The notes beneath the pieces were generated by a model. It was not told the DNA's origin, searched no databases, and worked only from the letters and a program-made list of their open reading frames with translations. Of a DNA stretch of 64,000 bases, positions 13,135-27,780 are shown in pieces (position 1 is the first letter of the stretch; each line of letters starts with the position of its first letter). The position numbers were made by a program, and so were the translations under genes. The DNA is from Batkoa obscura (lineage: Eukaryota): the NCBI GenBank assembly GCA_030770535.1, contig JASVEC010000022.1, positions 806,001 to 870,000 of the forward strand. The letters are read 5' to 3'.

Positions 13135-13434
13135 CATGGGGATGTTTTCGGATCGATAGGGCTTAAGTACAGAAAAATTAACAAAACCAAAAAAGATACT
13201 CGCATTTGGTTTATTTTGTCTCTCATTAACGCCTTTAATATCTACATTTCAAAAGAACTTTGTATTGATGCTACATTTAACACTGGCAGTTTCAAACTCA
13301 AGGTTGATCCAAAAAGTACAGATAAAGCTTATGTTATCTTAGTTTTAATTCTTGTTGATAAATTTATATATAAAAATATAACTATTCTACTAAATGCTCA
13401 GTTCAATAATAAGAATTCACTCTATTCTGAATAA
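13135..13434 (+). mobile_element. Possible Mutator (MULE) transposase fragment
   Basis: Open frame containing KELCIDATFNTGSFKL..VDPKSTDKAYVILVLILVD, resembling the first catalytic-Asp region (hhDxT[FY]xT) of MULE DDE domains. No full-length gene. Confidence 0.4.
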
Positions 13435-14679
13435 CGTATTATCTTGAATTACAATTTAATATTAATAGATTAGCATATCCACTAAAGGCCGAGACTTTTA
13501 AAAAAAATGGTTATCAATGGTTATAAACTAGCGTAAAGTAGTATAATATACACGTATTGGAAAATATTTACCAATATATCATATTGATATTACTGCATTA
13601 TTAGGCTATGAATTTATTATGTTATTATTATATACTTTGATGAATTTATAGCATTAGATTAAGTGATAATCTTTTTATGCTATAGCTAATGAAGTGATAT
13701 GAGAATATCTTTTTTGATTTCATTTAATTGATAGTTCTCATTGAGTAAAAGATTAGAAATAATAGATAGATATTAAAATAAAAAGACATATCAGCAAATG
13801 CTCAAAAATACAATATTGACTTTTATATCTTTCATTTAGTTAGTCAACTTATTGAAGCTAGTTAGCAGAGCATATGCATAATACTACAACTTCTTTAAAT
13901 TTGAAGCCCTAATATATATATATTTAATAAAAATAATATAAAATTAAATGAATAAAAAAAATTGAAATAAATAAAAAATCATGTTATAACTTTTATGCTT
14001 GAATTTTCAAATGAGTCAAATCAAGTAAAAATGTTAAACAGAATTAAAGAATCTTAATTTAGGAATAAAGTCAATTTGTGGTAAAATAAGCAGATAGACA
14101 AATCAAGTGAATAATCAGGTGAGAAGTCGTTTGACAAAAATAATGGCAAACCTGGTAAATTTTGAATCTGTTTTTTAAACTTAGATTTACTATTTTTAAG
14201 GGTTTTCTAATCGTTAAGGGTCTTTTAGAATAAGATTAAATATTCATACTACCACCTATCTGTATATTTTATTTTAATATTCTTCAATTTTCAATTTGGT
14301 TTTTGTTATGATTTTAAATATTAACTCAATATAAAGTTTATTCAGAATTCTCTTATCTATTTAATTATAATTCAAGTTTGTACTATCTTAGCTAATAAGT
14401 ACTATGTTCTAATTTTGCTGCAGTGCAATATTCTGTAGTTAAGAATAAATAGGTTTTTCAGTCACATTTTAAAAAACAGATTGAATGTTTTAATAATTAA
14501 TTTCCTGGTCACATTTTATCATTTCTTATCCACTTTGACATGCTATCTCTATTTATAGTTAATCTAAGGCACTCTACATATTAATTCAAATAGAAATAGG
14601 CAATTTATACTTTGCTTCTAAACTAGCTTGAATTTAGTATAAAATGACTGTGAAGGGACACTAAATAAAAAACAAAAAA

Positions 14680-16293
14680 ATGAGTGAAAAAGTAGGTGCT
14701 GAACTTTCATTAACTGAAAGAGAATTAGAATTATTAGAGCAAGAACGTATTATCAATGCCGAGTTAGATGCCAAACTCCAAGCTAACCATGATAAATTTC
14801 CAAAAGCTGTCTATTTTATTGTACCAAATGAATTGTGTGAACGTTTCTGTTATTATGGTATTAAAAATTTATTAAACAAATATTTACAAACTGTTTACGG
14901 TTATACTCCTTCTTACGCTAAAGCTCAAGCCTCTTTATTTAATGCTTTAGTGTATCTTTTCCCTCTTGTTGGTGCTGCTATGTCTGATTCTTTCTTAGGA
15001 AAATATCATACTATTGTTTATATGTCTTTCCTTTATTTAGCAGGAAATGTGTTAATGTCTGTTTTGTCAATTAATGATCTTATTGCTGAGCATGGTAAAT
15101 TACCATATTGGTCCTATATTGTACCTGCTATATTCATTGCTATTGGTTCAGGTGGTATCAAACCATGTGTATCTTCTCACGGTGGCGATCAGTTTTTACC
15201 AACTCAAACAGTTTTACTTGATAAATTCTTTAGTCTCTTTTATGTTGCTATTAATATTGGTGCTTTAATTGCTCAATATCTTACACCTTACTTAAAAGAA
15301 TATGTTAAATGCTTTGGTGCAGAATGTTATTTCCTTGCTTTTGGTATCCCAACCATTGCTTTCGCTGTCGCCTTAGCATTATTTATTTTTGGTTTCCGTT
15401 ATTATCGTATTGTTCCACCAACAGGTAGATTCATGCCTTGGGTTGCCCTCAAAACTGCAGTAACTGCAGGAAGACGTTATTACGCTGCATCTGCTGAAGA
15501 AAGAAGAAGTAAGGGTCATTGGTTAAATTTCTCAGCCGACCTTTATGGTGCTGAAATGGTCGAAGAAACTAGATTATTCGGAAAAGTATCTGCTATGATC
15601 TTACCTATCTCCTTTTTCTGGTTATTATATGATCAAAATACTACTGAATGGCAAAACAATTACGACATGATGAACCAAAAATTCTTATGGTTTATTCCAT
15701 TGCCAACTGAAGCTTCTTCAAACATTAACTCTATCTTAATTATTGTTTTCGTCCCATTGTTGTCCTACTATGTTTATCCATTCTTAGAAAAAAGAGGAAT
15801 TAGAATGCCACTTTTAACTCGTATGGTCTGGGGTTGGTTTGTTATGATCCTTACTTTTATATTATCCACTTGTCTCCAATATTATGTCGAAGCTAATTCT
15901 GGATCTCAAATTATGGATGGAAATAAAGTTGTATCATGCGACCAATGTACTAATGGTACTATTCAACTTCCTCAATATATCCTTTTATCATTAGGTGAGG
16001 CTATGGTATCTCCAATTGGCCTTCAATTTGCTTATACCCAAGTAGGTAGACAGATGAAGTCTTCTTCCTCTTCTATTTTCTTACTTACTTCAGCTATTGG
16101 TAATTATTGTGTACTTGGATTAGAAATTGGTATGGAAAATCTCGCAGGTACTACTAAAATGTGGGTGTACATTGCCGTTTCTACTTTCTTCTTTATTATT
16201 TTTGTTCTCATGGCTAAATTCTGGTACATATCAAAAGAAGAAGAAGAAGCTGCTAAAGAAGCTTCACAAGAAACCCAAGATTTAAAGAACTAA
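14680..16293 (+). CDS. PTR2: Proton-dependent oligopeptide transporter (POT/PTR2 family), intronless
   Basis: ELCERFCYYG (ExxERFxYY motif), GAAMSDSFLGKY, GSGGIKPCVSSHGGDQF, FSLFYVAINIGALI. Confidence 0.95.
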   Translation: MSEKVGAELSLTERELELLEQERIINAELDAKLQANHDKFPKAVYFIVPNELCERFCYYGIKNLLNKYLQTVYGYTPSYAKAQASLFNALVYLFPLVGAAMSDSFLGKYHTIVYMSFLYLAGNVLMSVLSINDLIAEHGKLPYWSYIVPAIFIAIGSGGIKPCVSSHGGDQFLPTQTVLLDKFFSLFYVAINIGALIAQYLTPYLKEYVKCFGAECYFLAFGIPTIAFAVALALFIFGFRYYRIVPPTGRFMPWVALKTAVTAGRRYYAASAEERRSKGHWLNFSADLYGAEMVEETRLFGKVSAMILPISFFWLLYDQNTTEWQNNYDMMNQKFLWFIPLPTEASSNINSILIIVFVPLLSYYVYPFLEKRGIRMPLLTRMVWGWFVMILTFILSTCLQYYVEANSGSQIMDGNKVVSCDQCTNGTIQLPQYILLSLGEAMVSPIGLQFAYTQVGRQMKSSSSSIFLLTSAIGNYCVLGLEIGMENLAGTTKMWVYIAVSTFFFIIFVLMAKFWYISKEEEEAAKEASQETQDLKN

Positions 16294-17191
16294 TTAATAC
16301 TAAGTTAAGATATTTAATTTCCTAACCCTTTTTTAATATCAATGATATTTCTTTTTAATAAAAATTTTATTTTTCTAATTTTATAAGTTAAGATATTTAA
16401 AATCTTTAATATTTTGTAAATAAAATAAATATTATTAACTATTATTTTTATTGACAATATCGTCTTATTCTAAAAATATATTTAGGAAACTCAAAGTAGT
16501 GGATCTTAATCTTAGATAGAAAGTTAGATATTAAAGATAACAACTCTATAGATGAAAATCCCAACAACAGGGAAACAGATTTAAACTTTTTTGACTTCTT
16601 TTAGAGTAAATGCTCATGTTACTAAAATAAATTCTTACTAATCAAGCTTTGATTTGAAGAATAAAACGTTAAAACAAGCTACCGAAAAACTTTGCAATAA
16701 ATGCCAGAATATAGGGTGAATCTTTTATGCTATTGTAGAAACAAACTAAGTGATAATACAAGTGATAAAATCTGTATTTGGCTATCCATTTATAAATAAT
16801 ATTTTTGTAACACTTTCAAATTGAAGTAAAATCTATTCAGATACAAAGTATTGCTCTTGAAATATAAAAATACAAAAACTAAATCTTATATAAAAATGTA
16901 GAATAGTTTCGATTTAAAATAGAGGAGTAATATGTTCAAGATATAATCCTTCATATAAAGAGGTAACAATGACATATATAAAGTAATGGAGCTGCCTATT
17001 TATGAAAAATTATTGAGAATATGAATATGAGTATGAATAGGAATTTTGAAAAGTCTATTCTTAGAAAAGTATGAAAATACAATGCTTTACTTTAGTTATT
17101 GTATGCTCTTAATAGATATAAATGATATGAACAAAATAATCCATAAAATATATTGATCAATTACAAGCTTTATTTTATAACATCACAAAAT

Positions 17192-17290
17192 GAGGGTGTT
17201 TTTTTTGGCTTCATTATTCTTTCCATCTTTTAAGTGCTATTTGAGAGGAAAAATTATTAGCAAAATTCTTAAACATAGAAATACATCCTC
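17192..17290 (-). mobile_element. MITE-like element, copy 4 (inverted)
   Basis: GAGGGTGTTTTTTTTGGCTTCATTA ... TTCTTAAACATAGAAATACATCCTC. Confidence 0.85.
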
Positions 17291-17884
17291 AAATATTAGC
17301 TATAATTAAAATAAACAATGATAAAAATTCAAAAATAGTTTATTTAATATTAATATATTTTAATTGTGGTGCTTATATTAGATATGATTTATATCCACTA
17401 AGCTGATCCAGGATTTTTTCTTTATATTTGAATTATAATTGGATTCTTATGCTTTATATCTTATACTCATAATTAGCTATCAATTTTTGCTTTTTTATAA
17501 GAGTATAAATAATATAAGCTTTTGTATATAAAATTTAAGTATTGTGATTTTCATGACTTTTTTTAGTTTAAAGTTGGAGTATAAAATTTATTAATAACAA
17601 CTAAAATATGATTAATACAAGCGAATAAGCGTAAAGATGGATTAATAAAAAGGTTGGAACATACATATATTGATGTTTTTGTTGCTGTTGGTACTAAAAG
17701 TGTTTAACTTTCAATTAAAAAAAGGCGTTTTTATTTTTAGACGTGAAAATGATAGTCACCTTAAAAGACACATAGCATTTCAAATTTTTTCTTGACTTCT
17801 ATCAAAATCACAAAAAGTATAATAGAAAAAATAATAATCGATTTTAGTTTCATTCTAATTGTGAAGTTAATTATATATTTTTAT

Positions 17885-20800
17885 TTACTCGTAATACTGA
17901 TTCTTAACTGAAAGTAATGCATCTTTAAGATTCTTCTCTCTCAATCCTTTAATTGTACACCAATCGATAAGCTCATTTAACTAAATTAAAGCAAATTAAA
18001 AAGATAAGTGTAAAAAGCAATAAACTTACTTCGCTTTCCGTAGAATAAAACCCCCAGTTAACCCCACCTTCAATCTTTTCGCGATATTTATTTAGATGTT
18101 TACCAGTTATTGAATTAAGGGTTTTGTTATTAAAAGTTCTTTCTACAACAATTTTGACTTTTTCATTTTCTTCTGTTTTTCCAAATAAATGATTGCTGAT
18201 TAGATAATATTTATTAAAAAATCGATCTTCTCCAATCGGTAAATACCTTAATTTACTCTTCTTTTTTCTCATATTGTTGTTAAGTGTTTCAATCTTAAAA
18301 TATGTCAATTAAAAATAAGTATATCAATTATATAATTTCTTACTCTTTTTTCTTCTTTGATAAAAGCTGATTTCAGCTTTGATAATTTATTTTCCTCTTT
18401 TTGGATATCTAATTTTATCTTTTGTGCTTCCTTCCTTTTGTTTGGGAAACTTTTTTTAGAATCATCATCTTTTGAGGAGGAATCGTTATCAGAATCGTAC
18501 AAATTAGAGTAATTTTTTTCCTTATTCTTTATTATCACTTCTAATGCTTTAATTTCTTCTTCATGCTGTTTCATGACTTTTTGAAGTTCTATCTTTTCTT
18601 TTCTATCACTACTTATTTCATCTATACAACCTTCATGATATTCTCTAAAGGTTTGTCATTAGCGTTCTATTGTATTAACCATCAAAATCCTTTTACCTAA
18701 ACTTTGTAGTTCCAATTGCACTTTCAATTAAAAATTTTATTAACTGAACTTTATGCTTTAATCCTAGTCCGAAGACATACTCTTTAATTTTGGGCTCCAT
18801 AATTTTTTTTCTACTTTGAATTAAAACTTCGTCCCCTATTCCATCAGCTTCTATGCTAGTGAGTGATGACAATGAGGATGTATCTTCATTTTTATCTTTC
18901 TTACTTTTCTTATTTTTAATATCATGCTTTTCTTTGGCTTCAATTTCTTTCAAATGTTTTTTTTTAATTGCTACAATTTCATTGATATATTCTTTTCCAA
19001 ATGGTAGTGTTTCTTTACAATATAGCTAATAGAGATTTAAAAAATCAACTTAGAATAATGAAAACACTTACTTCAAATATTGCTCCTGTTAAAACACAAG
19101 CCCATTCATTTGATGCAATTGGGGCTCTAGCATTACGCCAATCACCGATATCTTTTAAAGATAATTTATTATTAGGGTCTGTAACATCATTTATACCTTC
19201 TGGTATCCATAACTCAATTAGTTCATCGCTTTCAATTAACATACATTCCAACAATTTACTAATTAATCTCTCATATGGAAATTTATTAGTAGTAGAATTA
19301 AAATATCTTGAAATCCCTCTCCCATTTCTTGGCTGAACAATGTCGTCTTTGGTTACTTCACTTAATCTTTGCTCTATATCTATTAATGGTATTATTGGTA
19401 TGTCTAATAAATTACTTTTACATTATTAGTTCGCTATCTAATTAATAAAACTATATCGATTTACTTGAAAGTTGAAATAAATGACCAAATTAAAAATATA
19501 TCAGCAAAATCAATATCATTAGATATTTTGAAAGATGTGATCAAAGGACGAGGATGATTAATAAGTTTGTGATCAATGTCTAAGTCCTCGATAGGGTATC
19601 TAACATATACCAGCTTTTCTAAAAAATATAAGTACATTTTACATCATAATATTTAAATATAATTTAACTACCTTTTACTTCTTCATTTGTAGTTAAGTCG
19701 ATGACAACTTTAATATCATCAATTTTAGTCTTATTATTAATAGCATTCATATTGTTAAGTAGTTGAGATTTCAATTCATTCTTTTCTTTTTCCTTCTTAC
19801 AATTTTCAACTTGAGTGTTATAGCCTTCTATTATTTTGTTAATTGCTCGATTTTTTATTTTCCTATCTCCATTATCATTCAATATTATTTGATGCGTCAA
19901 AACATAGTTATAAGCTTCATTTATTTTTTCTTCAACATTATACTTATTAATCAAGTTTTGAATCCCTTCACCATTTTCTATTTCTCTTTTTCCATTTTGA
20001 TTTAGAATATTCTAAAAGAGTGAATGAATAAATAAACATTTTTAAATGAATTTACCCTTTCTTCTTTCGCTGTATACGGTATTTCAATAACTATGTTGTT
20101 TTGAGTAGGAATTCCAAACTTTTCATATTTCTTAGTATCATAATGTAATAAATTGAGAATATTTAATTTTTCTCTGTCATTTATAATTTAGGCTTACTTT
20201 TAGCAATTTATGACTGTTACTTTCTTTCGTCTTCTTTAGCCATTTTAAAACCAATAATTTTAGCCTCATCTTTTTAATATTCCCTAATTCACCATGATGG
20301 CTAAAAAATCAGCATAAATGATATTAGTATTGTGTAAATTACATTATTCTATTTGATCCGACTTCAACTATTGAATTTTCGTTTCCTCCCATTATCCTTA
20401 TTTTGTAATTAATAATTTCTTCATTTTTTTCCTTTTCTCCTGTTTTTTCGATAATGTAACCAGGAATAAAACTAAATTTAAAAAGTTAATTTAAAACAAG
20501 GATAATAAATAATAATTTTTTCTTACAATGTTTTATCTTTGGGACGAAAAAGTACCAATTCATTTTTAAAAAAAGTTTTGGCCAATTGTATGGCCACTTT
20601 TTCTTGAAGTTGACTTTTTTCTTTTGAATCTTTTATTTTTTCAATAAACATATGCTAATAGTAAAATTACAATAATGATTACCTAAATATGTTTTATTGT
20701 CAATAAGCTTTAAAATTTCCTGACGCAATTCTAAACCGAGCCTTCTAATAACAAGTTCCTCTACGTATTTCTCATTGAGTAAAGCTTCTTCATACTTAAG

Positions 20801-21058
20801 GTTATCTTTTCCAGTTAATTCACATTCCCAAATATTAGCACTATATAAATTCCATTTATAGCTATAATCTCTAATAGTTTTGTATTATATTAGAACCCAA
20901 TATTATTATAAAAGTTGTTATTACCTGTAATTATCAAATATTTCCCCTGTTAATTTATTAAAAAAGAAAGGAACATTTTTCAATTCTTGAATTTCTTTTT
21001 TACTTAAATTAACATATCTTGGCTGCCTTAAAAACTGACGATTATTATACAAAGGCAT
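17885..21058 (-). CDS. ITC1: ISWI accessory subunit of ACF1/ITC1/BAZ1 type (WAC, DDT-like, WHIM/WSD motifs), many introns
   Basis: N-terminal WAC-like MPLY...LTGEIFDNY...IWECELTGKDNLKYEEAL; YPIEDLDI; KVQLIKFLIE; C-terminal YLPIGEDRFFNKYY, WGFYSTESE, LIDWCTIKGLREKNLKDAL. Confidence 0.8.
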
Positions 21059-21464
21059 TTTACTTTTTTAAAAAGAAAGAAGTATTTGATTTAAAACTTT
21101 TCGATTTTAAAGGTAAGCTTTTTCCCATCCACCAATCATTCCAAATTTAAAAGTGATTTCCTATTTTTAGTAAGTTTTTATTATATTACGCTTCAAGCCT
21201 ATCATATACATATATTTCATTTCTTTATCGAATGGTATACTACACTTCAGAATAAAAAGTATAGTGGTTTATATTCACTACTTTGTTTACACTATCATTA
21301 CAATAAAATTTAGAAAAATCAATATTATCTTTTAAACTTTTTATTCATTTTGATGCTAAAATACAACTAAATCTGGGCTATTAGTCAAAAACAATTGATT
21401 ACATTCTATAAATAGTTGGACAATAATTTTTATTTAGTATACCAGCTCTCTACTATAGTTCTAT

Positions 21465-22801
21465 TTAAAATTCTAAAGGATCTTTTTTCGATGGAGGGGG
21501 AGCCTTATTCGAAGTAATTCTTCTAGGACCAGCTTGATCTTTATCGTTATCTTTAGGTTCTACTCTCCTTTCGGACACGCCACCTTCAATAGGGAGATGA
21601 TAGGTTTCAATTAACAATTTTTTTCTCTTTAATTTAAAGCCCAAGTTATTTTCACTTTTTTGTTGAAATTTTAATCCAAGAGAAGTAAATGAATTTAATC
21701 TTGGGAACTTGTGGATAAAAAACAATCCTTGATATTCTTCATTACTTGCTTTTTTATTTTCTCTATCTATTTTTAATTATTTACTATTTATATCATATTT
21801 ATATTATACATTATAATTACCTGCAAATGATTTAAATTCTAATGCTGTATCACAAATAGATTGAATTGCCAAAATTTGATCCTCTTCAAATAAATAAGGT
21901 GGGAAACTTAACATCATTACACTAAATGAATATCTCAATAATCCTTTTACCATATAAATAAATCTATATATATCCTGTTTATAATATTAATATATATTGC
22001 TCGTATTAAACTAATTAAGTTACTTCAAATTTTGTAATGCAGCCTAAAGGTGAGCCGATCAAATAAATTGCAATTCGAAGTATTCTGCGTGATGATAATG
22101 GTATTCCTTCAATCTTTGAGCTTTTGTTTCATTTGTTATTATTTTTACAAATAAGAGAATATTAGTCATTACCTAAATTCATTTGAAATCAGCTCTTCAA
22201 TCTTTGAAAATATAGCTGCGAAATCAATGTCGTCATTGGTTGCATCAATCAGGATTGGCACATTTTTTTCTATAGCTTCTTTATTTAAGTGAGTCGTTAA
22301 ATCTAAAGTTGGACAATATTTTATGTCTTTATCTTGATCTTCTATAAATTTGAATTTTTTAATTTGTTTTATTAATAGGTTAAATTTACTACCTTCTGAT
22401 TTTTGTTTTAAGTTTGGTAAATCTTTGTATCTCCAAGCAATCGTTAAGTCCTCTTTAGCTTCTTTCTTAACCACTTTTTCTTTGACAATAGGCAACTCAT
22501 AGACACCAGGTAATTTATTAACAATAGCTTGGGGTTCATGATCAAAAGAAATCAAACAGATTTTATGGTTTAAAATAATTCCAGAAGATAAAAAATAACT
22601 TAGAGCAATATTCGAATAATCTGTATATCTATCACTTAATAATAATGTGATAGTGCCAATTGGTATACCACCACCTAAAAGAGAATCCAAACTATTCATA
22701 CCATAACTCGTCAATAATAAGCTACTTTGATAACTGCTTAATTTTGTCCCACCAGGTAAACTTACTGTCACCTTGCTTGTTTTCTTTTTAAATGAACTCA
22801 T
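21465..22801 (-). CDS. ELP4: Elongator complex subunit 4
   Basis: MSSFKKK start, SYGMNSLDSLLGGGIPIG, EDLTIAWRY, LRIAIYLIGSP, C-terminal LGFKLKRKKLLIETYHLP..GG...LEF; 4 introns. Confidence 0.9.
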
Positions 22802-23867
22802 CTTAATTGAAATTGGAATCTCATAGTGATGAAAATAATGTTTAGTACTACTAAAATAAGCCAATTAAATTAGCTATAGCTTTTCCTTGAAATTGCACAT
22901 TTTTATAAATTTCATTTTTCCGATTGTCACAAATTTTTAAATTTATTTTCATAAAGATTTAAGCCTTCATTGTAATTATGATACGAATATTTCTATTATT
23001 GAAAAGAATTAAACCCGTTGTATCCTAAAATTTTGTTCCTTTACCTTGATTGTCTTTTTTTGTCTTTCATTTGTCGACTATTAACTGAAAAAAAGCTTTA
23101 AACCTTAAAATTAGAAGGCTTTATTAAAGTGAATTGAGGATCAAACAACTTGAAAATACAAGTCAAAATACATTTTTAGATGTTTCTATATGTCTTCTTT
23201 GTTGATAAATTCTATTTACATTTTTCCATTCAATAGCACTTGAACAATAGACAAATGAATAATATCAAAAAATACACTCTCCTTTATCTTGATATTGTTT
23301 AGTTATTTAAATTATAACACGCTTTAAAGGAATACCATTAATGTTTCAATATATAGCTTTAAGAATAAATAAAAGTTTGGAGTATTACGACTACTTATAG
23401 TATGATAAAAGAAGGATTTTTTGATAGTTGGTTAAAAAAAGAAACTAAAAATTATTATGCCAAACCCAACTATTGGTAAAATTTCATTATCTTTTAAAAT
23501 AATAACAGTTTTTGACATTTATTTATTTTAGTTAAATAGTTTATTATTAGCGTTGTTTTGTAGCCATATATTAAATGTTTCTATTATATTTCATTTTGTT
23601 TAATAAAAGAGTTATAATATTAAATAATAATGCCATGATAACTGAAGAAATCACATAACTGATGCTATCACCAATAACGACGTATGTTAAAACGGAATTT
23701 TTCTATTTAATATTTATAGAGAGTTCATATTACATTTTATGTTAATGTGTCTTTTATTATATTTATTGTAACTGTTTATAATTTAACGTCTTGCTCTCAA
23801 TAAAAATAATTTATAAATGCCATTTATCATGGTTTGAGTAGTAAATAAAATTGACATTTTAATAAAT

Positions 23868-23963
23868 GGGAATGTATTTTTTCGTTTAAGAATTTTGCTA
23901 ACAATCTTTCTACTTAAATAGCGCTTAAAAATGAAAAAAGTAATAAAGACAAAAAACATCCTC
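23868..23963 (+). mobile_element. MITE-like element, copy 5
   Basis: GGGAATGTATTTTTTCGTTTAAGAATTTTGCTAACAATC ... AAAAAACATCCTC. Confidence 0.85.
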
Positions 23964-24140
23964 AAGTATAATTTAAAGAGTGATTTTAGATCTAATGGTA
24001 TTTAAGTAATTAGTAGTAGTTTGTTGCAACTTTATCCCATTTAATATTAGGATCCTATCGAATAAGTTGTAGAAACTAAGCCTTGCATCTAATAGAAAAG
24101 GCCCAATAAATAGTAAAAAGGTAGTAAATGTATAGTCAAT

Positions 24141-25285
24141 TTACGCATCATTTTTAGTCAGCTTATAATCCTTAACAATAAATGTTTGGAGATTCGGAAA
24201 AAGAAATAAAAAGGAAAGTAAATATTTGTATAAAGTGCTAAAGGAACTGACTTTGATATGATTTATATATCTACATTGAAGTGAGTCAAGCTTATATTTT
24301 TGAATATTAGTATCGTTTGTAAAAGATTTACCAAATATCTTCTTAATACTAAGCTTCAATTTTTTGCCTAAGTGAAATACTTTAATGCTAGGCGTTAAAG
24401 AAATTGAATCTGATAGCTTATCTATTAAATTAAAATAATTTATTTCCTTTACAGTCAATACTTTTAAAAATTCTTCATCAATAGGATCTTGTATTCCAAA
24501 ATAATCTAAGAAAATGATACCAATGTCTTTAAGTAAGTTTAAATTGTAGTTCTTGTTATTTTCAAATAAATAGCTATGATAATTCCTCAATTTTGTACTT
24601 TTATATTTCTTTAAGTTACCAGAGCATTTAATATTATCATCAAAAGGTCCATCGATTTCTAGTTTTATATTGGGAATAAAATTTATATTGCAATTAATTT
24701 TTGTAAAGTCTTCATACCGAAATCCACTCAAATAGACTGTTTTTAACTTAATAAAATTCGCTTTGATAACATCAAGATCATTAAGTTTTAAACCTCTACA
24801 GGCGATTTGGTTTAAGTGATTTCAATTTTTTTGAATCAAAAGTTTAATAATATCTTCAATCGCTATATCATGCATCTCATGTTCAAATACTTTTTGACTT
24901 GGTATAAATAAGTGCCAAATAGTTTAGATACTTGACTATAATTAAAAGCGTTTATTTTCATTTGCTTCAATCCTGGTAACTTAATATTTACATAAAGATG
25001 ACAATATTGACAATATTTATTAAAATTATGATCTTTGCGATTTCTGAAAAACATAGATCTGACATTTGAACAACAATTGAAAAGTTCAATAGCCCTATTA
25101 GTGTCGTATATATTCAAATGTCTCATCAATAATCCATTTCCTTTGATGAGTTTTCTTGGTAACACTTGTATATTTCAGTTCTATCATTAGCTTGAGTTGT
25201 TTGGTTTCTTTTCTTACAAAGCAGTAATCAAGTAGCTCAAATGTTTCTTCTAGTAATATATTAGTTAATTAAACTTTAGTGGCAT
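24141..25285 (-). pseudogene. Disrupted F-box/LRR-like gene
   Basis: F-box-like start MPLKFN*L/ILLEETFELLD, then LRR-like fragments (LFNCCSNVRSM, LPGLKQMKIN, LFPNLQTFIV) split over ORFs 24863-25165 and 24141-24731 by frameshifts and an in-frame TGA; no obvious introns. Confidence 0.6.
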
Positions 25286-25387
25286 TTTAAAGCAAAGTTG
25301 TTACTAAAGGACTAGTTCTCTAAAATTTTGAAATAAAGAGTAGTTTTATATTAATCATAATTACCTTATAGGAACTAAATTATATAT

Positions 25388-25484
25388 GGTGATGTATTTT
25401 ATTGTTTAAGAATTTTACTAACAATCTTTGCACTCAAATAGCGCTTAAAAAACGGAAAAGCAATAAAATCAAAAAAACATCACC
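25388..25484 (+). mobile_element. MITE-like element, copy 6
   Basis: GGTGATGTATTTTATTGTTTAAGAATTTTACTAACAATC ... AAAAAAACATCACC. Confidence 0.85.
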
Positions 25485-26488
25485 ATATTGTCACATCTAA
25501 GTCTTGGACAATTCTCCTCTAAATGATAAATCAGGGTCTTACCAAACCTAACAAATAAACTATGAAAGGTTTTTGATGGTGCCAGTTTTGTAAATCAAAT
25601 TATTAATTCTATAAATAGGATAGCTATATATTTTTAATCAAATCCAACCTATAGTCGCATTATCATATGTCTTTATTCAAAATATTATTACAAAAATGGA
25701 TAATGTTTTGTAAGAAACGTAAGTATTTTGTTTTACACTTTAAAGAATCAATCGGTTATCATTTACATTTAAAAGTACGATTAAACTTTATAATCAGCAA
25801 TAAATAAATATTATTGCAAAGGAGTGAGGAAATAAATTAAAGTAAAAGAGAAGTAAATCCTTAAAATATTTGAAAAACATACATAGTGATGCATTTTTAG
25901 TTCTCTTTTATGTTTATTTACCTTGGGGAAGATAAAAATTGAAGAGCAGCAACAATATATATCTTATAAATGGAACTATTATATTTTAATCACAGTAGTA
26001 TAAATTGAATAAATAATTACTTCTGTGGAACTAACAATTTCTGTCTTTAATCCTCTCATTTTATTTGACTAGGAGTTACTTTCTAGAACTTATTTTACTT
26101 TATGAAAAACAAGTTGTAACTTTGGCAGCTTTATTTATTTTGATTAAGTATATTAGTAGATAGACTCTCTTTTTTAATTGCATTTTTTTTGTTTTGATCA
26201 ATTACTTTTATCATAGAAAATATTACAATTTAAAGTAAAAACCCAAAGAAATAAAACGGTTACACATACTAATATGCATATTATACTTTTATAAAATACA
26301 AGCTATATTATAATTCACAATAAATCATTCCATTAATAGGTTCAAAAAAATAAATTAATAAACCCTCAATGACTGAAAATTACTATACAAACTTAATTAA
26401 ACAAACTCGTAATATGAAATTAGTTAATAGCTAATAAAATAATTATTTGATTTATAACAAAATTGTAGTTATTGAAATATTGAGAAAT

Positions 26489-27558
<1,070 letters not shown>

Positions 27559-27780
27559 TTTAATTAAAAGCTAAATTAAAAAAGTTAAAAATAAAAAGTT
27601 TAGTTTTATCCTGTGGCTTTTTTATGAGGTGAAAACTAAAATTATGATCAAATCTAAGAATGCTCCAAATTACTTAATCAAGTCAGATTCCTCAGCTTGA
27701 ATTGCAAAGTTTGAACTTTTGCTGGTTTGCATTATTGGTTGTTAAAGGTAAAAGAGAATTTCGAGTTTTCTTGTTACGAA

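Noticed and set aside
15977..15986. ATATCCTTTT, a U12-like 5' splice site inside PTR2
   Set aside because: Lies in an uninterrupted conserved coding stretch (PQYILLSLGE); no intron is needed.
16680..16745. CNKCQNIG fragment resembling a zinc knuckle
   Set aside because: Immediately interrupted by a stop and lacks the His/Cys completion; too short to call.
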